From: Eledone cirrhosa
Taxonomy: Eukaryota
NCBI GenBank assembly: GCA_964016885.1
Contig: OZ024740.1
Coordinates: 378,262,001-378,326,000 of the forward strand
Reading direction: 5' to 3'
Length of the DNA: 64,000 nucleotides
Part shown: one piece after another, positions 36,766 to 47,700 of the stretch
Layout of the letters: each line of letters starts with the position of its first letter
How positions within the stretch are numbered: position 1 is the stretch's first letter
The notes under the pieces: generated by a model
The model's database searches: none
What the model was told of the DNA's origin: nothing
Seen by the model: the letters and a program-made list of their open reading frames with translations, nothing else
Made by a program: the position numbers and the translations under genes

Positions 36766-36927
36766 CCACACTGTAAACGTGGTTGGTGTTAGGAAGGGCA
36801 TCCAGCCGTAGAAAACCCGCCAGACAGTCCTGAGCAAGACAACCAATCTTGCCTCAAGTGGGACAATTCCCGTCCAGACCCATGCTAGCGTGGAAGATGG
36901 ACGTTAAACGATGATGATGATGATGAT
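36766..36927 (+). mobile_element. Short RTE 3' tail insertion
   Basis: Close match to 31938-32100, ending in (GAT)n. Confidence 0.88.
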
Positions 36928-37279
36928 ATGTAAATGAAATGGTAGTAATATTCTTATCTTTTAAGAACTCCACCCACACTAAATTTACCTAAACTATGAT
37001 TTCTGCCTTCCATTTTGTGTCAAATACCTACAACGCTGAGAGAAAATGATCTGCCTCAGTGGTTCAAATTGTAAAGAAGTAACTTATAAAAAATAAATTC
37101 CTGACCCCCCCCCCCCCCCCCAAAAAAAAAACCTACCCCATAATTTAAGGCTCATAACTACTCTCTGTGGCAAATGAAAAGTTAAACCCAAATCCTCTGT
37201 GAGTCTTAATGCAAGGATCTAAGAAAATTTAGAGGAACAGTAATACATATAACATCAGAGCTATATTTAAAAGTAACAC

Positions 37280-37560
37280 CATTCCTCACCCTAGTTAAAC
37301 CTATCCAAAAGTAGCAATAACATAAAAACTATCAATAACACCTTATGCATTCATAGAAAGTCTTACAAAGAAAACACTGGGCAGACAGAGAAACATCTGA
37401 AAGCCTTAATGAGAAGATAAACATCTAAGTTGGGAATGGCTGAATATATGTGGTATGAGAAATGAAAACATACACCACCAAGGATGAAATTTCCATAATT
37501 GATAGTAAACCACATTAGAAACTCAGAAAAAATAACAGGAAAACATGTGAGGTTTGCTTA
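37280..37560 (+). mobile_element. Penelope-like GIY-YIG endonuclease remnant
   Basis: Broken frames give SYKENTGQTEKHLK and MAEYMWYEK..H.P..EISIID..HxKLRK, resembling Penelope endonuclease C-termini. Confidence 0.5.
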
Positions 37561-38084
37561 TAGCTCAATCAGTAAACTCAGTACTTGATATGACTGATAT
37601 TACTGAAAAGTAAGTTTAAAAAATATAAAATTGCAAAAATTCATGCACTATTGGCTTAGTGTATATCTTCTTTTTCAAGACAATAATAGGATACAATTTT
37701 ATGAAGATTTGGCTGTTATTTCTTGCAGATTGAGCAGCCACGAGATGCACTTTTATTCGCTCATCCTTGATTACTTACTGGATACTGTTTTATTTCTGTT
37801 GTGTGCAGTATTAGCATGTCGTGTTTGAGTTTGTCTTTGGTTTTGACATGCTTTGGAGCACAAGGACATGTCTGAAGAAATGTTATTGTAGTTAGCTTGT
37901 TGTGTTGTTTCAGATATAAATCATGATACTATTGAGACTTCTCTTGTATTTTTGCACCAGGATGTGTTATATGCATTGAATTCTCTCTTAATGATGGCGT
38001 ATGGGAGTTTGTTAAGGTATTATAGCTGGGATGTGTAGCCTCATCAAATGGTTAGTGAAGATGGTGATAGTATGTACATGTTCC

Positions 38085-38860
38085 CCTCCTCATCCTCCTT
38101 CTTCTTTCTGAGAGGGTCATGGAGTTAGTCCTCAAACACTCTTTCCAGTATCAGAAGCAACCGTTTCCAACTGATCCGGCTGGATCCCCAAATGAAACCA
38201 GCCAAGCACATGGATGTTATCCAACCGTTTTGCTCAGGGTCTACACCTGGTTCTCCAGTTGGTTTTACCCATAAAATCTGTCCAGCAATTCTTTCCTGAG
38301 ATCTTCTAACCACATGCCCATAATATCAGAGCTGCGATCTTTCAAGTCGAAGAAGTAGCAGCTCTACCTGGAGTGACTATCTAATCTCTGAGCTATGTAC
38401 TCTATTGAGTAATGTTACTCCAAAGACCCTTTGGAGGGACCCCATTTTGGCTGCTTGTATTTGCAATTGTATTTTTTTGGTCATTATTTAAGATTCATGA
38501 CCATAGGTAAGGGTTGGCACGAATACTGAATTGAAGATAGTGAATTTGGCTTTTACATTTACCTCCCTTTTTATGATTACAGAAGGCTGAAGCTGGCACA
38601 TTAATGCACCAGCTTCTGTTATTCTTGCACTTAATTCAGCCTCCTGCCTTCCATCACTTGTGAACACAGCCTCAAGATTCTTGAACTTCTCCACCTGCTT
38701 CAGTGGAACTCTATTCACTTGTAGAGTGCACTGCGTAGGCTTCCTTGCAAGGACAAGTCTCTCAATTTTTTCATCACTGATTTTCATTCTAGCCATGCAG
38801 CATTTAGCATCAAACCTATAAAGTGCAAGTCAGAGATCATCTTCTGTTGAGTTAAACAAT
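38085..38860 (-). mobile_element. RTE-clade LINE of Expander/Rex3 type, 3' fragment
   Basis: QVEKFKNLEAVFTSDGRQEAELSARI...REVNVKAKFTIFNSVFVPTLTYGHES resembles Rex3/Expander thumb regions. There is no PHD insert before the FKYLG-equivalent motif. Confidence 0.75.
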
Positions 38861-38919
38861 ACAATGTTATAAATATGTTTATATATCTGGAATACTTGTA
38901 TTTCTAATATGTTGTTAGT

Positions 38920-39180
38920 AGAAGATTAATGTACAGAAAGAAGAAAGTGAGAGATCAACCAAACCTTGGCTACATTGCATTCAATTGAATAAGGGATACT
39001 GAAATTTTATTAATGCATGCTGCACTGCAGCAATATGAGAGAAACCCTTTAATCCAAAAGATGAGATGATTGGAGTATTTAGAAAGGAAGCTTAACTTGG
39101 TTTGTTTGCCAAACACGACTGAAGCTTTTATTGATGGCAAGGGAAACAGCATAACTTTCAGTAATCCAAATGTCAGGAAA
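38920..39180 (-). mobile_element. CR1/L2-type RT remnant
   Basis: ESYAVSLAINKSFSRVWQ, WIKGFLS and LNA..PQG-like segments match the AVxLDISKAFDRVWH...WIxSFL...INAGVPQG order. Confidence 0.6.
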
Positions 39181-40356
39181 TCCATCTGTTAAAGCTGAAT
39201 AAGTTAGTTGTATGATTATACATGAGCAGTAGTAAGTTACTAGTCATGATACATTTGCTACCATATTCTTTCCATTATTTCCTCTTGTTATTTTGCCAAA
39301 AACATTCTTTAGACATGAATCAGAAGTAATGCACACCCAGATAGTATTCTTCTAGTTTGTGAACTAAAAGTATGATTGTTTTTGCTATTTACGTTTTGCT
39401 ACTTTCTTTCATCATAACATGGAAAATAAAAAAAAAAAGCCTTTTTCCCTGGTTTAAGCCTAAATAAATTGTCATAATGGAAAAAAAAATGTATATATAC
39501 ATTGAAAGCTGCTTATTGTGTTCACTTCGGGACAAAACCTTTTAGATGACAATAACTGGTTGATAACATTAAAGAGAGGATATAATATCTGGGGCTTGGC
39601 TTCAAATAAGCAAATAATTTTTAATTCATTTTAAATAAAGTTTGTGACCCACTCCTTTTGGTAACAATCTTTTGATAGCATTATCAATCATTGTAATAAA
39701 TGGTTTCCACTCTCTCTCTATAAGTTGTGTTGTTAATGATTGGTGAGAATAAGGGGGATTGAAGAATGGTACAAGGAAGGTGAATTTAGTAGTGCATTAT
39801 TGGTGTGAAGGTGGGGATAATGATAATTGTGGCTGGACTAAAATTTACATCTTTAAAAACAATTTATTAGAGCTAGTTTTTATTTTACTGCACATTGTTC
39901 TATCAAATACTAAAAGCCTTAACATTTTTTTTTTGAATTTGGTTGTGAATTTCTTAACCTCCCCTCTAGATTTTTTATTATGTTCTTTTAATAAAAAAAT
40001 ATTTTTCAGATTTCTTTTTGTGCATCAGCAGTTCCGAATTTGTAAAAGAAATAATAAAAAAAAAATTATATATAAAAGAAATATGGATTTTTGTCCAATG
40101 CTTTATAAATGTATTTATTTATTTATTAATTACACTGGTAAAGGACATGAGCATCTTGTTACAGCTATATTAGTTTTAAAAAAAATGAAATTAATGTATA
40201 TTCAATAATGAAAACAATAGTGTTGTTTTCTTCCACTTTCTGAAAATTTAATATGCTGTTGTTTTAATTTATCAAAGATGAACATGTAATTATAAATACA
40301 AATAAATAAAAAAAAGTATAATTATTCTTTTATTCTTTTACTTGTTTTAATCTGAA

Positions 40357-40573
40357 GCCATGCTGGGGCACTGCCTTGACTTAATTGATCAGTACTTTTT
40401 TTTTCAGGTTTGGTATTTATTTGGTATTTTCTTTTGTTGAACTGCTCAATTATGGGACATAAACACACACACATACACAACAGGCATTTGCAGTTTTCAC
40501 TCAGAAGGCAGTGGGACTGAAACTCGAACGACGTGGCTGCAAAGCAAACTCCTTAACCATACTGCCACACCTA
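40357..40573 (-). mobile_element. tRNA-derived SINE (family C), decayed
   Basis: The minus-strand head aggtgtggcagtatggttaagg...gttcgagtttcagtcccactg is tRNA-like. The tail gccatgctggggcactgcc recurs at 53852. Confidence 0.6.
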
Positions 40574-41169
40574 CATATATTTATAAAATAAAATACTTTT
40601 TATATTCATTAATGCATACTTATTAAATGTATACATATTAACCCTCCCAAAAAGAAAAAAAAAAGAAAAGGGTTGTAAATCCCAAAATTCTAATCCGTTA
40701 CTCATAAGAAAATAAAGAAAAATTGCTTTTTACAATTTTTGAAATTCAGAAAACTATTTTTTTTAAAGGCTTAATAAAAAGTTGAAGTGGTGTGTTGAAA
40801 AGTACCTGTTTAGATGAACGAATGCCAAATTAGCTGACATACAAATTACAGAATGTAAACTGCAATATGTAAATATAATACTGCATAACTGTATTTCTAG
40901 ATTAATATATATATATATTCAATATACTGCATTTATCTATATTTTACAGTGAAGATGAATACATCATGTACCCCATGGAGTTTCTACAAGTCTACAAGTT
41001 CTACAAGTCTAATTAGTTTATATTCATTGTTATAAACAATTTTACATTATAGAAAATTATTATGAAAATTATTAGATTGAAATTATTATTCATTTCATTT
41101 ATTAGAACCTATCTCACTAAAATTTATTTATTCAAAAGAAACTTATCCAACGTTGATTGCTTAATAGTG

Positions 41170-41860
41170 GTTCATTTAAGAAATTGTTCATACTCATAAT
41201 TCTTTTGAAACTCTCATGACAGATGTTGTATGCTACAACAAAATATTTTTAGAGCTTTTTGTATCTGAGCATTAGTTGGAGGAGGTGCTGAAATTTCTTT
41301 TTTCTGTATTTGGTTCATTTCCTTGTTAACAGGTATTTCTATGCTTGTAGAAAAGACATCTTATTTCAAACAATTTTGAATAGTCTTCTCTAAGACTTGC
41401 TTCCATGACATTGTTAGCATATGAAATACATCAAGTAGGGAAATCCATTTTGAAATTGCATTTGTATTTGCATAATATTGGTTTTGAATATCATGGATTG
41501 GGTTAAGATTCTTGAATAAATTCATCCTCAATAATAGGCCTTTAAAGCTTATATGAGGCTTTGGTCACGTGGTATTTGAAGGCAAGGAAATTACTTTGAT
41601 GTTCTTTAATGTCAAATTAATTATGTGGGCTGTACAATTGTCAATTAATAAGACAATTGTTTGTTTTAATTTAAAATCCCATTTAAGTAACTGCAATCAT
41701 CTACAAATTTGCATTAGAACAGTAGTGAACAGGTAAACATCCTTAGAAACAAAGGTTTTTAAAAATGTTTTCAATCACTAGCAGTTTTCATTTCTGTCCC
41801 TTTATATTAGGGCAACTAAGTACTGTTACTTTTAAATCCTTCGGTATTTTCATTTTTAAA
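41170..41860 (-). mobile_element. Tigger/pogo DDE transposase remnant
   Basis: Broken translation KVTVLSCPN..GTE..LLVI, LPVHYCSN, IVLLIDNCTAH, NIKVISLPSNTT, ISLLDVFHML..SWKQVLEKTIQNC. Confidence 0.75.
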
Positions 41861-42378
41861 CAAATAGATAAAAAAAAGTGCAAAAGTTCAAGTATCTCAG
41901 GGCTGTTTCAAGAGTGTGGCAGGTAGGAGGCTGAATTATGTGCAAGAATTGCAGGAGCTGGTGCAGCATCTTGTGCTGGGGCGCACAAGACAAAGAGAAC
42001 AGAAAAAAACAATGGAAAAAAACAGACTGTCCCTTCTCTTCAGTCAACTTCTGGAAATCCTTATAATTTTGGTGAGGCTATTCATTCCAATGCACATAGG
42101 ATGGTAACAGAACAAAACAGGGAGACAGGACAAATTGAGTCTTTCGGCAAATTACATAAATAAAGCCCAAAATGCTACAAACCAATGTGCTTCAACTGGA
42201 AAGGAAGAGATAGAAACACGGCGTACAATAGCTTAGACAAGAGAAAAATAGAAATAAATAGTTTGGACTGCAGTCCTACAAAGAGAGGGCACAGAACAAG
42301 TGGCAACTGACAAAAATGAGACAGGAGGAAGCAAGAGTAAACGAGAGAAAAAAGTAAAGGCAGTGAAAAGGAAGATAG

Positions 42379-43554
42379 ATTCAATCTGAAAATATTGAAG
42401 AGATAAGACACTTTGCCATTCTTCTCTGCTAAAATGTACCACTGAGCTGATTCAAATTTTCCCAGCCAGCCATCCACCTAATCTACGAAGGTATTTTAGC
42501 CTACATATTGTCGTTAATATTATGATGTTCCCTGCTGTATTAGCGTTAAATTTTCCCTGCTGTATTAGCGATAAATTTTCGAGGGTTTCTCTTAGTAGCT
42601 TTTTCATGTCGTTAATATTATGATGTTCCCTGCTGTATTAGCGTTAAATTTTCCCTGCTGTATTAGCGATAAATTTTCGAGGGTTTCTCTTAGTAGCTTT
42701 TTCATGTCGTTAATATTATGATGTTCCCTGCTGTATTAGCGTTAAATTTTCCCTGCTGTATTAGCGATAAATTTTCGAGGGTTTCTCTTAGTAGCTTTTT
42801 CATGTCGTTAATATTATGATGTTCCCTGCTGTATTAGCGTTAAATTTTCCCTGCTGTATTAGCGATAAATTTTCGAGGGTTTCTCTTAGTAGCTTTTTCA
42901 TGTCGTTAATATTATGATGTTCCCTGCTGTATTAGCGTTAAATTTTCCCTGCTGTATTAGCGATAAATTTTCGAGGGTTTCTCTTAGTAGCTTTTTCATG
43001 TCGTTAATATTATGATGTTCCCTGCTGTATTAGCGTTAAATTTTCCCTGCTGTATTAGCGATAAATTTTCGAGGGTTTCTCTTAGTAGCTTTTTTCATGA
43101 CGTTATTATTGTTAATTTTACTGATGTAGTATTAACTTATTAACTTGGATATTTACCATGCGGTATTCTAATCCTATTGTATCTCTCTCAGTTATTTACC
43201 ATGCGACCCTCAGTTCCTACCCCCCCCCCCTCTATGCACTTCTTTAAGGCTTACTACCCTGTCTTTAACCTAATTCATTCAATCTGAAAATATTGAAGAG
43301 ATAAGACACTTTGCCATTCTTCTCTGCTAAAATGTACCACTAGAGCTGATTCAAATTTTCCCAGCCAGCCATCCACCTAATCTACGAAGGTATTTTAGCC
43401 TACATATTGTCGTTAATATTATGATGTTCCCTGCTGTATTAGCGTTAAATTTTCGAGGGTTTCTCTTAGTAGCTTTTTTCATGACGTTATTATTGTTAAT
43501 TTTACTGATGTAGTATTAACTTGGATATTTACCATGCGACCCTCAGTTCCTACC
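42379..43554 (+). repeat. Tandem duplication: expanded copy A (42379-43221) and compact copy B (43277-43554)
   Basis: Both copies start attcaatctgaaaatattgaagag and end accctcagttcctacc. Copy A has extra internal duplications. Confidence 0.92.
42511..43099 (+). repeat. Minisatellite, 6 x 98 bp, essentially identical units
   Basis: Units start at 42511, 42609, 42707, 42805, 42903 and 43001. Each holds two copies of ccctgctgtattagcg(t/a)taaatttt. The last unit has one extra T. Confidence 0.97.
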
Positions 43555-43803
43555 TCACAATTTCCCCCCCCCCCCCACCCCCACACACCACCATAGTCTA
43601 TTCGACCAATCAAACCTAGCATGCCATTTCCACTGCTGCTGCTGCTACTACCTGCCTGCCTAACTAACTCTCTCCTCCTCTGGCGCATCCCAACACACCC
43701 TGCCATTACCCCACCACCACTGTCCTTCTAGCCCTCAATTTTCCCACCGTTAGGGATGGATGAGCTGGGAATACACGAGCAACTCTGAATCAATAGATGA
43801 AAT

Positions 43804-46800
43804 ATGAATCTGCGAGCTACCAAGCACCCACGTGAAGCGCCAACCCAGAGACCCTCCCCTACGAGTGTCGACAAATGCCCAAAACTCCGAGTTGGTACCA
43901 TCAATGTAGGCTCAATGAAAGGAAGAGCAGGAGAAATCGTAGAAATGCTAGAGCGAAAGGAAGTTGATGTATGCTGTGTGCAAGAGACTAGATGGAGAGG
44001 AGGGTCTGCTAGAGTCCTTGTAGGAAAAAGCCAGTGCTACAAATTTTTCTGGGTGGGAAATGACGATGGGATGGGTGGTGTAGGTATACTATTAGCTGAC
44101 AAGTGGGTAGATAAAGTAATCTCAGTGTACAGGGTAAATGCAAGAATCATTAAACTCAGACTAGTCCTGAATAAGACAATTACCACAATAATATCAGCTT
44201 ACGCACCCCAATCGGGGCTGCCAGACGAACTTAAGGATAGGTTTTACGAGTCCCTAATACACACTACTGCTCTAACAGACGACAAGGACTTCCTAATCAT
44301 TGCAGGAGATTTTAACGGACACGTAGGTAAACACTGCGACGGCTTCAATAGAGTACATGGAGGCCATGGAGTTGGCACAAGGAATGAGGAAGGATTCAGA
44401 CTTCTAGAATTCTGCGACGCCAATGACATGTCGATATGTAACACAAACTTTAAAAAACCCGACAACCACCTGATCACCTATAGATCAGGGGAGCACTCTA
44501 GTCAGTTAGATTTTATCCTCATCAGAGGACGTGACAGATGGACGGTCGTAAACACAAAAGCCTTCCCTAGTGAGGAATGTACATCCCAACATAGCTTAGT
44601 TGTCAGCGACCTCACGGTCAGAACTAGACGAGCCCTGAAACAGAGGCCAACCTGGAGAAGAAAGATCTGGAAGCTGAAAGTCCCCTCAACCAGTAACAGA
44701 TTTAAAGATATTTTACTCAACGCCTACGACAGTAAAGAAGAACAGATAGAGACATTTAACGTAGAAGAGAACTGGGAGTTCCTAAAAAATAACTTACTAG
44801 AGGCGACGGATGAGGTTTGTGGCTGGAGTAAGACCTCAAGCAGGAGGAGAGTGACTTGGTGGTGGAACAATAAGGTAGATGAAGCAGTCAAGGCCAAGAG
44901 ACAGGCATGGAAAGAATGGAAGAACGGGGGGAGCAGGGTACATTACATAGAGACCAAGAGGGAAGCTAGGCGACAAGTATACTTAGCTAGGAGGGAAGCA
45001 GAGGATAGAAAATTCAAGCATGTTTTACAACGTGAGGACCAGAAACAGGAGGTATTCAAGATTGCGAGGCAGTGTGTCAGAGATAGTTGTGATGTCATTG
45101 GAGAGAAGTGTATCCGGAATGATAAAGGTGAGCTTGCCCTCACAAGTGCTGAGAAGAAAGATGCATGGAAGAGTCATTATGATAGATTACTAAATGAGGA
45201 GAATGCATGGGAAGAAGAGACCCTACCCCACGTAGACCCTATAGAGGGACCAGCAGTACAAGTCAGCGGCAGCGTAGTAAGTAAGGCAATCAGAGATATG
45301 AAGATAGGGAAGGCAACCGGTCCATCGGGTATAGCTGCCGAGATGCTGAAGGCATCTGGGTCTGTAGGTCACACTATAACCACACGTATCGTTAACCAGG
45401 TAATACTAGAGGGGGCCATACCAAAAGATTGGTGCAGTAGCATCATTGTCAACTGCTACAAAGGTAAAGGCGATGCACTAGATAGAGGAAACTATAGAGG
45501 TATAAAGTTGATGGACCAGGTCATGAAAGTAACAGAAAGAGTTATAGCACAGCTGATTAGGGACCGGGTGAATATAGACGAGATGCAATTTGGGTTTGTT
45601 CCAGGGAAAGGCACCACTGATGCGCTCTTCCTTGTGAGGCAATTACAGGAAAAGTACCTAGCTAAAAGTAAGCCACTCTACTTGGCATTTGTCGACCTTG
45701 AGAAAGCCTTTGACAGAGTTCCACGTGCAGTAATCTGGTGGGCTCTTAGAAAACTAGGAGTAGATGAATGGCTTGTGAAAGCGGTACAAGCCATGTATAG
45801 GGGAGCAGTCAGCAAAGTTAGGATTGGCAATGAGTATAGCGAGGAATTTAGCGTACAGGTTGGGGTCCACCAGGGCTCTGTTCTTAGCCCTCTCCTGTTC
45901 ATCATAGTCCTGCAGGCAATAACGGAGGAGTTTAAGACCGGATGCCCATGGGAACTCCTGTATGCTGATGACCTCGCACTCATAGCTGAATCTATGGTAG
46001 AACTAGAGAATAAATTCCAAACCTGGAAGCAGGGACTAGAGAGAAAGGGCCTCAAAGTCAACATGACAAAGACTAAGGTCCTTATAAGTAGACGAGAAAA
46101 CAGAACCCAGATCCCCTCAGGGAAATGGCCTTGCTCAGTATGTAGGAAAGGTGTAGGTAGGAACTCCATTCTTTGCCCCAAATGCAAACAATGGGTACAC
46201 AAGAGATGTAGCGGGATCTCAGGAAGCTTAATTAAGAATGTAGGATTCACATGCAGCAGCTGTGCTGAAACAGCAAGCAAACAGCCACAGGAAACAAGTA
46301 CCACCAATCTCTGGGAGGGCCCTGTAGAAACAGTAGACAGCTTCTGCTACCTAGGTGACCGAATTAGCAACGGAGGTGGGTGCTCAGAAAGTACAATAAC
46401 TAGGGTAAGAACGGGATGGAAGAAGTTTAGGGAACTACTACCACTGCTAGCTGCAAAAGGCTTCTCCCTCAGAATGAAAGGCAGACTGTATGATGCGTGT
46501 ATCCGAACAGCGATGTTGCATGGTAGTGAGACCTGGGCGCTGAAGGTGGAAGACTTACGTAGATTAGAGAGAAACGAAGCCTGCATGCTCCGATGGATGT
46601 GTAACAGTAATATACGTGAACGACAAAGCATAAATGAATTGAGAGAGAGACTGAGCATAAGAGGAATCAAATGCTGCGTGCAGGAGAGGCGGTTACGCTG
46701 GTATGGACATGTGATGCGTATGAAGGATGACAGCTGCATAAAAAGGTGCAGAGCACTAGAAGTTGATGGAAACCGCGGAGTGGGGAGACCCAAGATGACT

Positions 46801-46923
46801 TGGGATGAGGTGATAAAAGCCGACCTTACCCAACTACACCTCTCAAAGTCAATGACACACGACCGTGACTTCTGGCGTCACGCAGTAATACAGGGTACCC
46901 GACCTCCCATGGGTACATGCTGA
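43804..46923 (+). CDS. Intact RTE-clade LINE ORF: APE endonuclease + reverse transcriptase with embedded C4HC3 PHD-like finger
   Basis: 1039 aa without stops. EN motifs GTINVGSM, VQETRW, SAYAPQ, GDFNGHVG, QLDFIL, SQH. RT motifs NYRGIKL, QFGF, VDLEKAFDRV, GVHQGSVLSPLLF, LYADD, FCYLG. RTE-type C-terminus RRLRWYGHVMR...GRPKMTW. Confidence 0.97.
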   Translation: MNLRATKHPREAPTQRPSPTSVDKCPKLRVGTINVGSMKGRAGEIVEMLERKEVDVCCVQETRWRGGSARVLVGKSQCYKFFWVGNDDGMGGVGILLADKWVDKVISVYRVNARIIKLRLVLNKTITTIISAYAPQSGLPDELKDRFYESLIHTTALTDDKDFLIIAGDFNGHVGKHCDGFNRVHGGHGVGTRNEEGFRLLEFCDANDMSICNTNFKKPDNHLITYRSGEHSSQLDFILIRGRDRWTVVNTKAFPSEECTSQHSLVVSDLTVRTRRALKQRPTWRRKIWKLKVPSTSNRFKDILLNAYDSKEEQIETFNVEENWEFLKNNLLEATDEVCGWSKTSSRRRVTWWWNNKVDEAVKAKRQAWKEWKNGGSRVHYIETKREARRQVYLARREAEDRKFKHVLQREDQKQEVFKIARQCVRDSCDVIGEKCIRNDKGELALTSAEKKDAWKSHYDRLLNEENAWEEETLPHVDPIEGPAVQVSGSVVSKAIRDMKIGKATGPSGIAAEMLKASGSVGHTITTRIVNQVILEGAIPKDWCSSIIVNCYKGKGDALDRGNYRGIKLMDQVMKVTERVIAQLIRDRVNIDEMQFGFVPGKGTTDALFLVRQLQEKYLAKSKPLYLAFVDLEKAFDRVPRAVIWWALRKLGVDEWLVKAVQAMYRGAVSKVRIGNEYSEEFSVQVGVHQGSVLSPLLFIIVLQAITEEFKTGCPWELLYADDLALIAESMVELENKFQTWKQGLERKGLKVNMTKTKVLISRRENRTQIPSGKWPCSVCRKGVGRNSILCPKCKQWVHKRCSGISGSLIKNVGFTCSSCAETASKQPQETSTTNLWEGPVETVDSFCYLGDRISNGGGCSESTITRVRTGWKKFRELLPLLAAKGFSLRMKGRLYDACIRTAMLHGSETWALKVEDLRRLERNEACMLRWMCNSNIRERQSINELRERLSIRGIKCCVQERRLRWYGHVMRMKDDSCIKRCRALEVDGNRGVGRPKMTWDEVIKADLTQLHLSKSMTHDRDFWRHAVIQGTRPPMGTC

Positions 46924-47220
46924 AGCATATAAACAATATGCCCCCCCCCCCCCACCGCAAGGTGGTCGTGGAGGTGCCACGGCAAAAAAGCACCCAGCCC
47001 ACACTGTAAAGTGGACGTGTAGGCGCCACGAAAAAGCACCCAGCACTCACTGTAAATGAGGTTGGTGTTAGGAAGGGCATCCAGCTGTAGAAATCAAGCC
47101 AGATCAGTTCCTGTATGAGCAAGGCATGGTCAGCCGACCAGACACTGCCCACAACAGGACAACCCGTCTAACCCATGCTAGCGTGGAAGAACGGACGTAA
47201 AACGGTGATGATGATGATGA
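46924..47220 (+). mobile_element. RTE 3'UTR with duplicated units and (GAT)n tail
   Basis: gccacg..aaaaagcacccagc..cactgtaaa occurs twice, then ggtgttaggaagggcatccagctgtagaaa and aacggtgatgatgatgatga. Confidence 0.92.
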
Positions 47221-47509
47221 TTGTGGACAGTGTAATGTCTATCTTTAGATAAGTGTTAATTACATCAAATAGATTAATATCTACCAGGTAAGTAGTGAAG
47301 CTAATCTTCTCTTCTCAGCAACTATATATTTGCCATATCACTGTTTGTAATCTCATGATTGCTTTCCATTCTGATTTTCTGTAATCAAATAATGTGTAAG
47401 AGGATTTGTTTTTAGTAAGGGTGTTTATGATTTGGGGCATTTTCTGGACTGTACATAGACAGCTCTAATTTTATAGCCAGGCTTCCTGAAAACGGGCAGC
47501 ATTATTAAT

Positions 47510-47700
47510 AATGGTGGATTGGCAGTATCGGTAGAGGGTCAGGCGCCATGCTTTGACGCATTGAGTTACGGCCCTTGCCATTCTGAGTTCAAATCCCGCC
47601 GAGGTTAACTTTGCCTTTCATCCTTATGGGGTCGATAAAATAAAGTTCCAATAATACACTGGGTATTTGCTGGCCTTGTGCCAAAAATAAAAATAATTAT
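47510..47700 (+). mobile_element. tRNA-derived SINE (family A)
   Basis: Full-length match to the 33372-33557 copy, with flanking repeat attattaata. Confidence 0.88.

Noticed and set aside
38964-39185. Apparent minus-strand exon (acceptor directly before ATG)
   Set aside because: Better explained as a decayed CR1/L2 RT fragment.
39759-40208. 149-aa ORF, and the similar hydrophobic ORFs at 34245 and 58767
   Set aside because: F/I/L/K-rich translations of AT-rich DNA with no motifs or splice support.
42511-43099. CRISPR-like regularity of ccctgctgtattagcg repeats
   Set aside because: The intervening sequences are identical in every unit, so there are no unique spacers. There are no cas genes and the context is eukaryotic.
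44244-47152. Minus-strand ORFs up to 209 aa inside the RTE
   Set aside because: Antisense shadows of the RT ORF with no independent motifs.
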